64,000 nucleotides of DNA from the human T2T-CHM13v2.0 reference genome, Homo sapiens, in the NCBI RefSeq assembly GCF_009914755.1, contig NC_060941.1. The stretch is one strand, 5' to 3'. This document shows, in pieces, positions 1-64,000 of this stretch; position 1 is the first letter of the stretch; the number at the start of each line of letters is the position of its first letter. A program made the position numbers and the translations under genes. The notes under the pieces are model-generated. The model saw only the letters and a list, made by a program, of their open reading frames with translations. It had not been told where the DNA came from and did not search any database.

Positions 1-45
1 GTTTGGGGTTTGGGGTTTGGGGTCTGTAGTATTGGTGTTTCCTAA

Positions 46-15156
<15,111 letters not shown>

Positions 15157-15265
15157 ATGTTTGAATCCCACGCTTCTCTTTGGAAACAATATGCAATGTG
15201 AAGCGGTCGTGTTGTGAGTTTAGTAAGGCTGTGTACACTGACACCTTTGCAGGCATGCATGTGCT

Positions 15266-15288
15266 TGTGTGTGTGTGTGTGTGTGTGT
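15266..15288 (+). repeat. (TG)~11 microsatellite in STAT5A 3' UTR
   Basis: Direct read. Confidence 0.95.
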
Positions 15289-15575
15289 CCTTGTGCATGA
15301 GCTACGCCTGCCTCCCCTGTGCAGTCCTGGGATGTGGCTGCAGCAGCGGTGGCCTCTTTTCAGATCATGGCATCCAAGAGTGCGCCGAGTCTGTCTCTGT
15401 CATGGTAGAGACCGAGCCTCTGTCACTGCAGGCACTCAATGCAGCCAGACCTATTCCTCCTGGGCCCCTCATCTGCTCAGCAGCTATTTGAATGAGATGA
15501 TTCAGAAGGGGAGGGGAGACAGGTAACGTCTGTAAGCTGAAGTTTCACTCCGGAGTGAGAAGCTTTGCCCTCCTA

Positions 15576-15615
15576 AGAGAGAGAGACAGAGAGACAGAGA
15601 GAGAGAAAGAGAGAG
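15576..15615 (+). repeat. Imperfect (GA)n tract in STAT5A 3' UTR
   Basis: agagagagagacagagagacagagagagagaaagagagag. Confidence 0.9.
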
Positions 15616-16408
15616 TGTGTGGGTCTATGTAAATGCATCTGTCCTCATGTGTTGATGTAACCGATTCATCTCTCAGAAGGGAGGCTGGGGTTCATTTTCG
15701 AGTAGTATTTTATACTTTAGTGAACGTGGACTCCAGACTCTCTGTGAACCCTATGAGAGCGCGTCTGGGCCCGGCCATGTCCTTAGCACAGGGGGGCCGC
15801 CGGTTTGAGTGAGGGTTTCTGAGCTGCTCTGAATTAGTCCTTGCTTGGCTGCTTGGCCTTGGGCTTCATTCAAGTCTATGATGCTGTTGCCCACGTTTCC
15901 CGGGATATATATTCTCTCCCCTCCGTTGGGCCCCAGCCTTCTTTGCTTGCCTCTCTGTTTGTAACCTTGTCGACAAAGAGGTAGAAAAGATTGGGTCTAG
16001 GATATGGTGGGTGGACAGGGGCCCCGGGACTTGGAGGGTTGGTCCTCTTGCCTCCTGGAAAAAACAAAAACAAAAAACTGCAGTGAAAGACAAGCTGCAA
16101 ATCAGCCATGTGCTGCGTGCCTGTGGAATCTGGAGTGAGGGGTAAAAGCTGATCTGGTTTGACTCCGCTGGAGGTGGGGCCTGGAGCAGGCCTTGCGCTG
16201 TTGCGTAACTGGCTGTGTTCTGGTGAGGCCTTGCTCCCAACCCCACACGCTCCTCCCTCTGAGGCTGTAGGACTCGCAGTCAGGGGCAGCTGACCATGGA
16301 AGATTGAGAGCCCAAGGTTTAAACTTCTCTGAAGGGAGGTGGGGATGAGAAGAGGGGTTTTTTTGTACTTTGTACAAAGACCACACATTTGTGTAAACAG
16401 TGTTTTGG

Positions 16409-16414
16409 AATAAA
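16409..16414 (+). terminator. STAT5A polyadenylation signal AATAAA
   Basis: ggAATAAAat followed by T/GT-rich downstream sequence. Confidence 0.85.
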
Positions 16415-16679
16415 ATATTTTTTTCATAAATTTGCTGCTATGGCTCCTGGTTGGGGCGTTGGTGGCCTCCCTGGGTGATGGGAACCCCTGGAGCTGGTTG
16501 TTCTGTTCCTTCCCGCGTGCATGCCTGATGCTGTCATTTTTAGTCTTAAATTTTAACTCTGCCCGCTTTGCTGTGGTTTTCAGGGTGCTGGCCACCCCTG
16601 GAATACTGTCAATGCTTCTCAGAAGGGTAAGGAGCCAGTTTAGGGGGCACAGATTCCTTAAAAAGCAGGGGACTCGAGG

Positions 16680-17420
16680 TTTGGGGAAATGATGGAGATG
16701 GGCGCGGGTGGGCAGAACTCTGACCCAGGCTTCTCCTTAGCAGCTGCTGCTCCCAGCAGCCTCGAAGCTGGCGGCTGAGGGCCCGGCGCCAAGATGCTTC
16801 TCAACCCTCGGGGCCAGGGGCAGTCCCAGAGCCGCAACAACCGTCCCATCCTCCTCCTTCCCAGAGACCAGCAGGTGGCACCACGCGGCTGCGCTGTTTT
16901 CAGCTGGCTGCCGGCGACTGTGCGAGGCGGAGGTGCAGCAAGCGGGACCGGCTCGCCCCGGCTGGACCCCCGCACTGCCGGCTGCAGCCAGTCCCTGCTG
17001 TCGCTGGGGCCCTTGGGCTCAGGGACGCGCGCTCCCTGGGCGGGGCTGGGAGCCAGGTTTGCGGGCAGGTTCCTTCTGAGCTCAGAGCTCAAGCGAGGGA
17101 GAGGGGCGGCGCGTGGGCCCCAAGAGGGAGGTGCAGGGGGCCCAGAGCAGGGGGAAGGCGGGGGTGGGAGAAGAGAGGAGGGGAGGGGACGGGCAGGTGC
17201 CACCGCCCCAGGGGGCTAATCTGATCCATCTCTGCGAGGGAAGGTGCTCGCTCGTAGCTCCCAGGCGCGGTCTCCAGGGCGCTGGGGCACGTGTAGGGGT
17301 GGGGAGAAGCCCTGTGGGCGCCCGCGTAGCTGAGGTTGGGGCGCCTTTCCCTGCATTATCACCGCTGGCTGCCGGGGGCCCTGCAGCCACCACCGGGTGT
17401 CTGCGTGTTGTCCCCGCTGG
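16680..17420. promoter_or_regulatory. CpG-island-like GC-rich segment between convergent 3' ends
   Basis: Very GC rich with frequent CG dinucleotides compared with flanks; bounds by eye. Confidence 0.8.
16868..16881 (+). promoter_or_regulatory. CTCF consensus motif
   Basis: CCAGCAGGTGGCAC matches CCASYAGRKGGCRS fully. Confidence 0.7.
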
Positions 17421-17828
17421 GTGAACTGAAGGGAAAGTGATAAAGGAGCCAACTGTGGAAGGGGAGGCCTTGGTGCGGTGGGAGTATCTACCCCCCACCC
17501 CGCTTAGGTGGCTTATCTGACCCCAGACAGGACGAGGCCGCTCTGGGGGGTAGGAGGGGGCCGGGGAGGGAGGCCTCCACTCTGACACCTTTCTGCCGTT
17601 GGACTATTGACCTCCTGCTCCTCCAGGCACCCCTTACCTCCGGGCTGGTGGCTAACATAAGGGGGTTGGCGGGGGGGATTAAGGCAACCACCTCCTCTCA
17701 AGACCCTTTCCGGCCCTTATCCCAGGCCCCACCTGTGTGTGAGGCCCCCTCAGAACTTATGCAGGGGAAAAGGAAGCCTCCACCAGCCAAACAGAGCTGC
17801 CATGCTATCAGACGGTTCCTATATAACG

Positions 17829-17834
17829 TTTATT
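17829..17834 (-). terminator. STAT3 distal polyadenylation signal AATAAA
   Basis: tttatt on + strand, ~2.4 kb after the STAT3 stop. Confidence 0.85.
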
Positions 17835-19336
17835 TCTGGAAGTTAAAGTAGATACAGCAATATACCAAAAAAAAAAAAAAAAAAAAAAGACAAAAAACCT
17901 CACAATAATATAAATTTTTACACTATGAAGTACACATTGGAATTTGAATGCAGTGGCCAGGACAGCAGCTTATAAACCACCTTATAGGTAGGTAAGCAAC
18001 CCACGGGATTCCCTCGGCTGGGCTGGGGATGGGGAGGGGGCAGTGGACAGGAAGCGGGCAGGGCCTGAGGACCCTGTTCTTTAATGGGCCACAACAGGGC
18101 TCAGCTCCTCTCAGAACTTTTGCTACAATCAGAGTTAAGACCAGATACATGCTACCTAAGGCCATGAACTTGACAATATCTGCTCCAGAGAAGCCCTGAA
18201 CCCTCGCCCTAGGTCCCTATGATTTAAACCCAATGGTAAGCCCAAGTCTCACCTTTCTAAATATTCTGTTTATCAGTTAAGCTTATTATGTACTGAAGAG
18301 TGTTGCTGGAGAAGTAAGAGCTCTGCATGACACATCAACTGTCTCCAGGCAGGAGGACTGGGGCGAACCCTGTTCATCTTAGAGAAGGTCGTCTCCCCCT
18401 TAATTCAGAGACCAGCTAATTTGATTTAACAAACAGAATTCCACAGAAACTCTGATCAGCTGAGGCAAGGTGGTTTTGAGTTGCCAAATCCGGCCATGCC
18501 TCTGAGTCAGAGGCAGCCCATCCAGCACGTGCTAGGTGTTCCCATACGCACAGGAGAGGCAAGCTAGCCAGCCAAGGCGGGCAGGCGGGGAGGCCCTCTA
18601 GCTGTTCTGCCTCACCTGTGGGGCCCCAGCAGGGAGGAGTCACCAGCCTCAGAGGGAGGCCAGGTATACACCCTCATACGAGGGCAGACTCAAGTTTATC
18701 AGTAAGCCTTTGCCCTGCATGAACTGAATGAAGACGCCATTACAAGTGCCACTGGATATCACCAAGAAACTGGCTAAGAACCATATTCCCTGAGCTCAAC
18801 CAGACACGTCGCTGGGGCCCCATAGTGTGCATCATGTCCAACCTGTAACTCTCTCCCCCTCTTCTTCCATGAGGTCCTGAGACCAGGATTCCTAAAACAA
18901 ACAGGATGAGGGACCTTTAGACACGCAAGGAGACATGCCTCTAGCAGGATCAGGGGGACTGGGGTCGGGAGGGTGGGGCAGGAAGGAAGCCAGAATCAGA
19001 AGTATCCCAGCCCTGATAAGGCACCCACAGAAACAACCTAGCCTCTGAAACAGCAGATCAAGTCCAGGGAGAAAGGGAGTCAAGGTTGTAAGCACCCTCT
19101 GCCCAGCCTTACTCACTAAAAGGCCAATACATTACAAAGGAAAATAAGTCTATTTATAAAAAAAAGTCTAAAATGCTTAGATTCTCCTTAAACCTTCCTA
19201 TTTCAACACCAAAGGCCAGGTTGCAGCTTCAGATGTCTTAAGGGTTTGACCTGAAGCCCGTTTCAGGGATTATATAAATTACCAGCCTGAAGGAAGCTGA
19301 ATGCTTAAAGCACCAAGGAGGCTGTTAACTGAAGTT

Positions 19337-19641
<305 letters not shown>

Positions 19642-20231
19642 TGCTTAAGTTTCTTAAATACAGAAAGGCTATGCTGATACAGTGTTTTTTGCCCTTTAAT
19701 TGTTATTATTTCTTAATTTAAAAAGAAACCTAGGGCTTAGATAGTCCTATCTTCTATTTGGATGTCAGCAAGGTTAAAAAGTGCAATGCCAGGAGTATGT
19801 AGCTATAGGTGGCCTGTGGCATTTGCTTACAGAAACAGGCAGAAGGATGCCGCAGGCACCAGGAGGCACTTGTCTAAGAACAACAACAACAATAACAAAA
19901 AGCTGCTGAGAAAGGAGGGCAGGGGAACAAAACAACACAAGACATTTCCTTTTTCTCCCTCTAGCCACCCCCCGCCACATCCCCTGATCATGGGTCTCAG
20001 AGAACACATCCTTATTTGCATTTAGATAAAAGCAGATCACCCACATTCACTCATTTCTCTATTTTTAAAAGTGCCCAGATTGCTCAAAGATAGCAGAAGT
20101 AGGAGATTAAAAAAAATCTGGAACCACAAAGTTAGTAGTTTCAGATGATCTGGGGTTTGGCTGTGTGAGGGGTGGCAGAATGCAGGTAGGCGCCTCAGTC
20201 GTATCTTTCTGCAGCTTCCGTTCTCAGCTCC

Positions 20232-52885
<32,654 letters not shown>

Positions 52886-52907
52886 TTATTTTATTTTTAA
52901 AAAATAG

Positions 52908-53255
<348 letters not shown>

Positions 53256-54972
53256 TGAGACAAACAAAACATGCCCAGGCTGGTCTTGAACTCCTGGGCT
53301 CAAGTCATCCTCCTGCCTCGGCTTCCCAAAGTGCTGGGATTACATATGTGAGCCACCCCATCTGGCCACACATCTCTTTTACACTGGGATGACAAGTGGC
53401 TATTATGCCAGGTTCTAGAATCCATTATCTACCAGAAGTGTGTGAAATTAAAAAATTACTTAACTCCCAGATTTCTATTCCCTTGTCTATAAAATAGAGA
53501 TAATAATTCCCACTCCTCAGAGGTATTGAGATATTCCTACAGCATCCAGCTCAGTGCATGGCACATAACAGATGCCCAACAAATGTCGGTTCCTTTCTTT
53601 CTCCTCCACAGCCCTTTTAGTTATACACAGTAAACCTGTACTGTAGCCAAAATGTAGAAATTGGATGTTTGGGGTTGGGGGACAGAGCACTAATTCCAAG
53701 ACTACAGGTTTAAAAGTATAAATGAGGATCCAGGAAGATCTGCCTGAGATTCTCCTACTCAACAAATAATAACTATTTTAAAAATTGCTTAGTCTGGGAC
53801 AACAGAGAAGGAAAGAAAAATGCCAGGCATAAAAGTTGTCCCAGGTTCAGGAACATCCCAGTGAAATGCTCTGGTATGAGAAACCCAGCCAGCTAATTAC
53901 CTGTAATCCTCTTTCTGAATAGCATGGGTCATGGAAATATCAATAGAGGCCAAGTTGTTTTAACAAGTTCTAAAATTAGGCCAGGCGCAGTGGCTTACGC
54001 CTGTAATCCCAGCACTTTGGGAGGCCAAGGCGGGCAGATCACCTGAGGTCGGGAGTTTGAGACCAGCCTGACCAACTTGGAGAAACCCTGTCTCTACTAA
54101 AAACACAAAATTAGCCAGGCGTGGTGGCACATGCCTGTAATTACAGCTACTCAAGAGGTTGAGGCAGGAGAATTGCTTGAACCTGGAAGGCAGAGGTTGA
54201 GGTGAGCTGAGATCGTGCCACTGCATTCCAGTCTGGCAACTAGAGCAAAACTCTGTCTCCAAAAAAAAAAAAAGAGAAGTTCTAAAAATAATTACAAGTC
54301 AGAGCCAAAGATGAAGGTATGTACAGACCAAGGTCCAATGAGATGGTTCTCTGGGATAGTGAGAACATTTAATGAGAGACTGAACACACGCAAACATACT
54401 AGAGTTCTTGATTCTCAGAGAAGGCACGAAGAAGCACCTAGTTAGCACTGGCTTTTTCATAAAAATGACTGAGCAAACTGGCAACAAAACCAGCAGGTCT
54501 TCTGTTCTCAAGGCAGCAAATGTAACGGAATGAAAGGTGCGATCGTGGAACCTCTAACTCCTGCAACCTCTAACTCCTGGGCTCAGGCAATCCTCCTACC
54601 TCAGCCTCCCAAGCAGCTGGGAGTACAGGCAGCATTGCTGCACCTGGCTAATTTTTTTAAAAAAATTTTTGTAGAGATAGGGTCTTCACTGTGTTGCCCA
54701 GGCTGGTCTCGAACTCCTGGGCTTAAGCAATCCTCCTGCCTCAACCTCCCAAAGTGCTGGGATTACAGGCGTAAGCTACCACGCCTGGCCTGGGATCAGG
54801 TTTTCTGACAGAACCTGAGAGGGCTGCACTTCTCCCTCCCTCTTTGGGGGACAGACTCAGAATACCCCTCTTGCTACTGTGAAGACGGCTGGTGGAGCTC
54901 TCAAGCATATATTCAGGGAAGTGCAGGTAGTACCTCCCAGCAGTCTTTACATTGAATAATTAATAATCTAAG

Positions 54973-55820
<848 letters not shown>

Positions 55821-55954
55821 CCAAGGTATTTTCCCTCCTCATGTATCAAGGGCTTAAATTCCACTGGTGAAAAAGCTCAGTAAAGCAAATAGAGAGAATG
55901 TCAGAATAAGGTATTTGCCCCAATTAGGCCAATACGCTTCTATAAATTAACTAA

Positions 55955-56239
<285 letters not shown>

Positions 56240-56432
56240 TAATTAATTAATTTAAAAATGTAGGCTGGGCACGGTGGCTCACACCTGTAATCCCAGAACT
56301 TTGGGAGGCCGAGGCGGGTGGATCACGAGGTCAGGAGTTCGAGACCAGCCTGGCCAACATAGTGAAACCCCGTCTCTACTAAAAATACAAAAATTAGCCG
56401 AGCATGGTGGTGGCCGTCTGTAATCCCAGCTA

Positions 56433-56556
<124 letters not shown>

Positions 56557-57003
56557 TTACTTGCCACCTTCCACCCTAAGATTCACCTGCCACAGGACAA
56601 ATGCTGCCTGGGCAGTGGTACAGGTACACTAAGCACTAGCCAGAGTAAAAGCAGTGGCTGACGTGCATACTATATGCTGAAGCATTGTAACCATGGCATG
56701 TATTGATTGCCCTCTGTAAGAAATCAAAGGCCATTAGATCTCTCTTACAATATTTGCATTAGGGCCAAGTTAAAATCTGCCTCACATGGAGGTTGCAGTG
56801 AGCCAAGATTGTGCATCTACACTCCAGCCTGGGTGACCAAGTGAGACTCTGTCTCAAAAAAAAAAAAAAAAAAATCTGCCTCATAGACTAAAAGCATCAT
56901 GACCTGACTTATGCTATGCAAGAACTGATGTGCATACAAAGAAATCTGCATAATATGCCAATTTATGTAGATTCTATTGCATACAAATTTACTGAAACTC
57001 TAA

Positions 57004-57677
<674 letters not shown>

Positions 57678-57943
57678 ACAATGTAGCCAAAAAGCGGTGG
57701 TTCTCCTAAAAAAAAATGATTTAAAAAAAGAACCAACTGCTTTTTGTAATAAACTCCAGTGTTTAAAATTAATTTTAAAAACAGACTTTATTTTTTGAGA
57801 CAGGGTCTCTCTCTGTCACCCAGGCTGGAGTGCAGTGGCAAATATAGATCACTGTAACCTCCAACTCCTGGGCTCAAGCAATCCTCCTAACTCAGGGACC
57901 TGAGTAGCTGGGACTAGGGGCACAAGCCACAATGTTCAGCTAA

Positions 57944-58159
<216 letters not shown>

Positions 58160-58398
58160 TGAAACAGCATCCCACTATACCTGCTCCATCATAGATTAAC
58201 ACTGGGGTCATGCATGAATATTTGCATTTTCAAACTAACATATCCTAAAAACGTGTAAGTTATTGAAAATTATCTAATTCATTTCCAGTACATAACTAAG
58301 GATTTTTTGGTTGTTGCTGTTCTTATTTTTAGCTGGGGACAGAGGAGGGCTAGTAAGTAGTACAATAATTGTGTTCTTTTTTTTTTTTTTTTTTTTGA

Positions 58399-59069
<671 letters not shown>

Positions 59070-60974
59070 TTAGTCTAATCACCATAGGTAATACTTTAAT
59101 AGTTATTCTACAGGGGAAAATAAAAGTATAACTTAAAGCCAAAGACCAGGTAGTATTTTCAAGGAGAGAATATGCAAATACTTCCATAGTCTTCTCCTTA
59201 CAGGCTGCTTAGCTACAAACCATATTTAATTAACAGCAGTCACAGGAGATGACTAGCCAAAGTGTCTAGGAAAATCACTGCCAAGCAGCTTTACTGTAAC
59301 TGTTTTACTGGAAAAGACCTCAAAGAGCCCATGTTATTTCACAATTTCAATTTTGGTTTTTCAAATTACAAGTTAATCTAAAGAACTCCACTAAGTTCTA
59401 ACTACATTACTTCATATCTACGGAATAATTCTAAGCCTGTGGGTTTTTAAAAAAATTTTATTAGACATTCTAGAATTGGGCAACACTTCATTCAATGCCA
59501 TAGGATGAATGTTCTCCCCAAGCCTGTGACTTAATAACTACTTCATTGAGCCCCAGAACACACAAAGTTATCTGAGGAACAACTTGAGTGCCAACTACCA
59601 CTCTGGGTGCATAAGAGAGAAGACAATTCATTACTCCATATAGGCTGCCTTAGGACATTATATGGGGCTCAATTCAAAGCATTTACTCAGGTTAAGTCAG
59701 CAGATAGTAGATGCACTGTACAAAGGCAAGGTGGGTGTAATCCTGTTTTCTATAACTGAAGAGAAAAGAAAAAAATGAAACAGCAAGTCATCAAAGACTT
59801 TTTGGACTTTTCAAAACAGGAATTTCTCAGTCCCTTGGGGATAACCTACCAACAGCAAGTCATAAAACAAATAACTATTGTCTAATTGGGAACTTATTAC
59901 CGTAAAGATGACTGAAAAAGTCTGTCCAAAGTTACAGTTCTCATTTATATACTTGAATCTAATGAAACCAAAAGATATATTGAGAAACGCAGTCAAGACC
60001 ACTTACAAAAGGGATTTACTACACAGCTTCATAAAACTTTTTAAAGTTAAGACTTGTACTTCACATCCATGCACTAGTGGATTTACAACGAGGGTGAGGG
60101 AAGGCGGAAAGAGAGACGAAAATCAGGCTCATACAATAATCCAGAACAGAAAGTGATCTAAAGATAACTTCTGTTCCACTTTGCAATGTGTCATGACATT
60201 TTCCTTTGGGTACCACCTATACTTTTATTATAAATACATGCATTTTAAATAGAGCATACCTGTGTTTTATCTGCTGCCTACACTAACCTCTTCTTTGCTG
60301 TCAGGAAAGGCCCAGTGATCAAGGCAACCAAAGTATAAAGAAACACAGAAGATTTCTTGCACTGAATTCTATAGGAACCAGTCCTTTTAAGAGATATGTT
60401 TGAAAGATTATAAAATAATGTTCAATGTGGAAAATTTAGAAAAATATAAAAAAGAAAATAAAAGATAAAAACATCCATATCCCACCATCCCACTATGCAG
60501 AACAAAAACTGACATGTTGCCAGGTGTGGTGGTCTGTGACCCCAGCACTTTGGGAGGCTGAGGGGGGAGGATCACTTGAGGCCAGGAAGTCAAGGCTGCA
60601 GTGAGCTGTGATTGCACCACTGTACTCCAGCTTGGGTGACACAGCGAGACCCTGTCTCCGAAAAAATAAAAATTGACATGTTGATGTAATTCCTTTAAAT
60701 CTATTTCAGAATGTGTTTGTGTGTGTGTATATATATATATATATTTTTTTTTTTTTACATTGGAGTCATAGCATTAATACAGCTGCATATTCTTTTAAAG
60801 TTTATTGTGTAGTAAACATTTTTCTATGAAAAGAGTATTGTGTTTGTTTGTTTGTTTGTTCAAATAGAGACCAGCTGCCCAAGCTGGTCTCAAACTCCTG
60901 GTCTCAAGCGACCCTCCTGTTTTGGCCTCCCAAAGTGCTGGGATTACAGGCGTGAGCCACAGTACCTGGCCTGA

Positions 60975-61223
<249 letters not shown>

Positions 61224-61619
61224 TGAGGTGATCTGCCTGCCTCAGCCTCCCAGGGTGCTGGGATTACAGGTGTGAGCCACTGCGCCTGGCCTGAAAAGAA
61301 ATTTTTATTTAAAGCGCATAAAAGAACTATTTTGTTTCTATTGGTGTTTTCAATACAACCCTGCTAATCCCACTGAGGGCCACATAATTTATTAAGATTT
61401 GGAAACCCCAATTTATTTGTTCTCACCATACCACGTTCTAAAAATAATCTGAAGTATCTGCAAGTAGATTAGGAAGGAAAAAAATGAGAAAAGTAAGAGA
61501 AAGCAATTCACGCTAGAGAAAAACATTCAATCTTCATAAAATTTTCACCACAGGATAAACAGCATAATGGATGACAGAGAGTCCACATTAAAATACTGTA
61601 GGCCAGGTGTGGTGGCTCA

Positions 61620-61874
<255 letters not shown>

Positions 61875-64000
61875 TCAAAAAATAAATTAAATAAATAAAT
61901 AAATAAATACTGTAGCTTTAAACTATTAGAGTCATTCATAATTTAACCATTCATAATTACTCTAGACATTAAGAATGGAATTTCAAGTTTAAAACATAAC
62001 TCAAAATAAGTACACTTATATAGTAAGCACACAATTTCATAGTTTTAAGTCCAAATAGTACCTTTGTAAGATTTAAGACTAGATACTTGCAATAAGAAGT
62101 CTATATATAAATCTAGTTTTGATTTCCTAAAGAGACAAAATATTAACACTTGAGTGCCCAATCTGAAACAAATTACTATAATTACTGTAATGTTCAATTA
62201 CATATAACAGGATTTGCTTTAAAATTAAAAACCAATGACGATCAAGCTTGTAAAAATGAACATCAATCTATAAGAAAACTTGAGTTATAGTTCCCTACTA
62301 ATATGACAAAATTTGAATATATGAAAGAAGTAAAGGCCAGGCATGGTGGCTCATGCCTATAATTCTAGCACTTTGAGAGGCCAAGGTGGAAGAGGGATTG
62401 CTTGAGCTCAGGAGTTCAAGACCAGCCTGGGCAACACCGTGAGACCTTGCCTCTACAAAAAAATTTTTTTAAAATTAGCCTAGCATGGTGGCCCATGCTT
62501 GTAGTCCCATGGAGGCTGAGGCAGGAGGATCACTTGAGCAGATTGAGACTGCAGTGAGCTGTGATCATACCACTGCGCTCCAGCCTGGGTGACAGAGCTA
62601 GACCCCATCTCTAAAGAAGGAGCAAGAGCTTAACAAACCTAATTCCCTCTAAATTAAAAGTAACAAACATGATTTGTCAATTACTGAGTGCACAGTTGAT
62701 TGTTAAAGCTGCCTAAGAACAGGTCTGAGCTCTACAAAAACTAAAACTAAAACAAGAAAACCCACAAAACAGACCAAATTTGTGCATCAGATGACCTCCC
62801 CACTTGGGAACACTTCCACTTCCCCAACCAGACACATTCCTCTGTATCAGTGTGGTGTGGGGGAAAGGACAGTAGAGACGGGAGCTGGATGGGCCTGGGT
62901 GCAAAACCCTGCCTGACATTTATTAGCTATTTGTCTTTGGGAATGGTATTTCACTACCAAATGGGCTTTCTCTTCAGTAAAACAGGGAACTCTCTCTCCT
63001 TTGAAGAACTGTTGTAAAGTTAAAATCAATAATGGTTGTACAGCATCCCTCTGTGCTGGTGCTGCTGGTGCCAGATCCTCAGAGCTGCAGTTATTGTTCC
63101 TTTCCCCCAGGGTCTCCCTTTCATGGACATTTCTTACTTTTTTTTTTTTTTTTTTTTGAGATGTAGTCTCACTCTGTTGCCCAGGCTGGAATGCGGTGGG
63201 CACAATCTCAGCTCACTGCAAGCTCTGCCTCCTGGGTTCACACCATTCTCTTGCCTCAGCCTCCCGAGTAGCTGGGACTCCAGGCGCCCGCCACCACACC
63301 CGGCTAATTTTTTGTATTTTTAGTAAAGAGGGGGTTTCATCGTGTTAGCCAGGATGATCTCAATCACCTGACCTCGTGATCTGCCCACCTCGGCCTCCCA
63401 AAGTGCTGGGATTACAGGCGTAAAGCCACCGCACCCAGCCAGATATTTCTTATCTTAAACCCATTTCCTTAGTGTCCTGGAAAGCAGGTTAATCCATCAG
63501 ATTCACTAGGGGTTAAGTGTGATAATCACTAATCAGCTTTCCCTGCTAAGTAAAATACATGCATTTCAATGCACACTCTTATCATATCGGGAGGGAAGGA
63601 GTCAGTGATGCTGTGATTTGGCATGTTAATTTAAGGAGAGAAGGGAGGTCAGGAGAGCTGGGTGGTGACCTGATCAAATATCTCCATACGTATTTCACCT
63701 AGGATGGCTCTAGGTCCTAAAAAGAGTAAAAGGTGAAAACACTAAGTGATATTCAAAACAAAAGAAAAAGATGAAAAATAAGAACCTTGGTTAAAGAGCA
63801 GTCGAAATAAGTAATGATTATAGCTATGATTTATATAGCACTTTTTACAAGAAGCCAGGCGCTGTTTTAAACACTTGACATACTTATTTGCTCATTTCAT
63901 AATTGTAACAACCCTATCAGATAGGTACTATTTTTATCCCACTTTACAGAGGAGAAACTGAGGCACAGAATTTTAAGTGATTTGGCCGGGTGCGGTGGCT

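Larger units (their letters stand above)
15157..16430 (+). other. STAT5A: STAT5A 3' UTR (end approximate)
   Basis: Follows stop codon; AATAAA at 16409-16414. Confidence 0.85.

Noticed and set aside
59896-59905. TTACCGTAA resembling the U6 PSE
   Set aside because: Short match, no correctly spaced TATA and no snRNA-like body

Overview
Human (primate) genomic DNA from the STAT5A/STAT3 locus (chr17q21). The + strand carries the last 15 coding exons of STAT5A (aa 126-794, stop at 15154-15156, polyA signal 16409). The - strand carries all 23 coding exons of STAT3 (ATG at 52720, stop at 20232-20234, distal polyA signal 17829); exon 1 lies beyond the window. I checked exon boundaries by hand. They sum to 2313 nt for STAT3 (770 aa) and 2010 nt for the STAT5A part, both in frame. 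The genes converge tail-to-tail across a ~1.4 kb gap holding a CpG-rich island with a consensus CTCF motif. Introns are dense in Alu, with MIR, L1, MER33, MER58, Tigger3 and a MaLR (MST) solo LTR; repeat boundaries and subfamilies are by eye and approximate. Four signals are least explained by standard annotation. (1) A ~58-bp element, not a repeat family I recognise, is present twice in two different STAT5A introns (10525-10582, 12517-12573) and combines a strong splice acceptor, a TATATAAAAG box and self-complementary ends. (2) STAT3 intron 6 has a GC donor and a 21 x 20-bp minisatellite covering the branch-point zone, with a pyrimidine-AG|GT motif in each unit. (3) STAT3 exon 21 begins with GTAAGA and so regenerates a donor after splicing. 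(4) An NF-kB + GAS composite sits in STAT3 intron 14. Most ORFs in the supplied track are Alu-derived or antisense noise.
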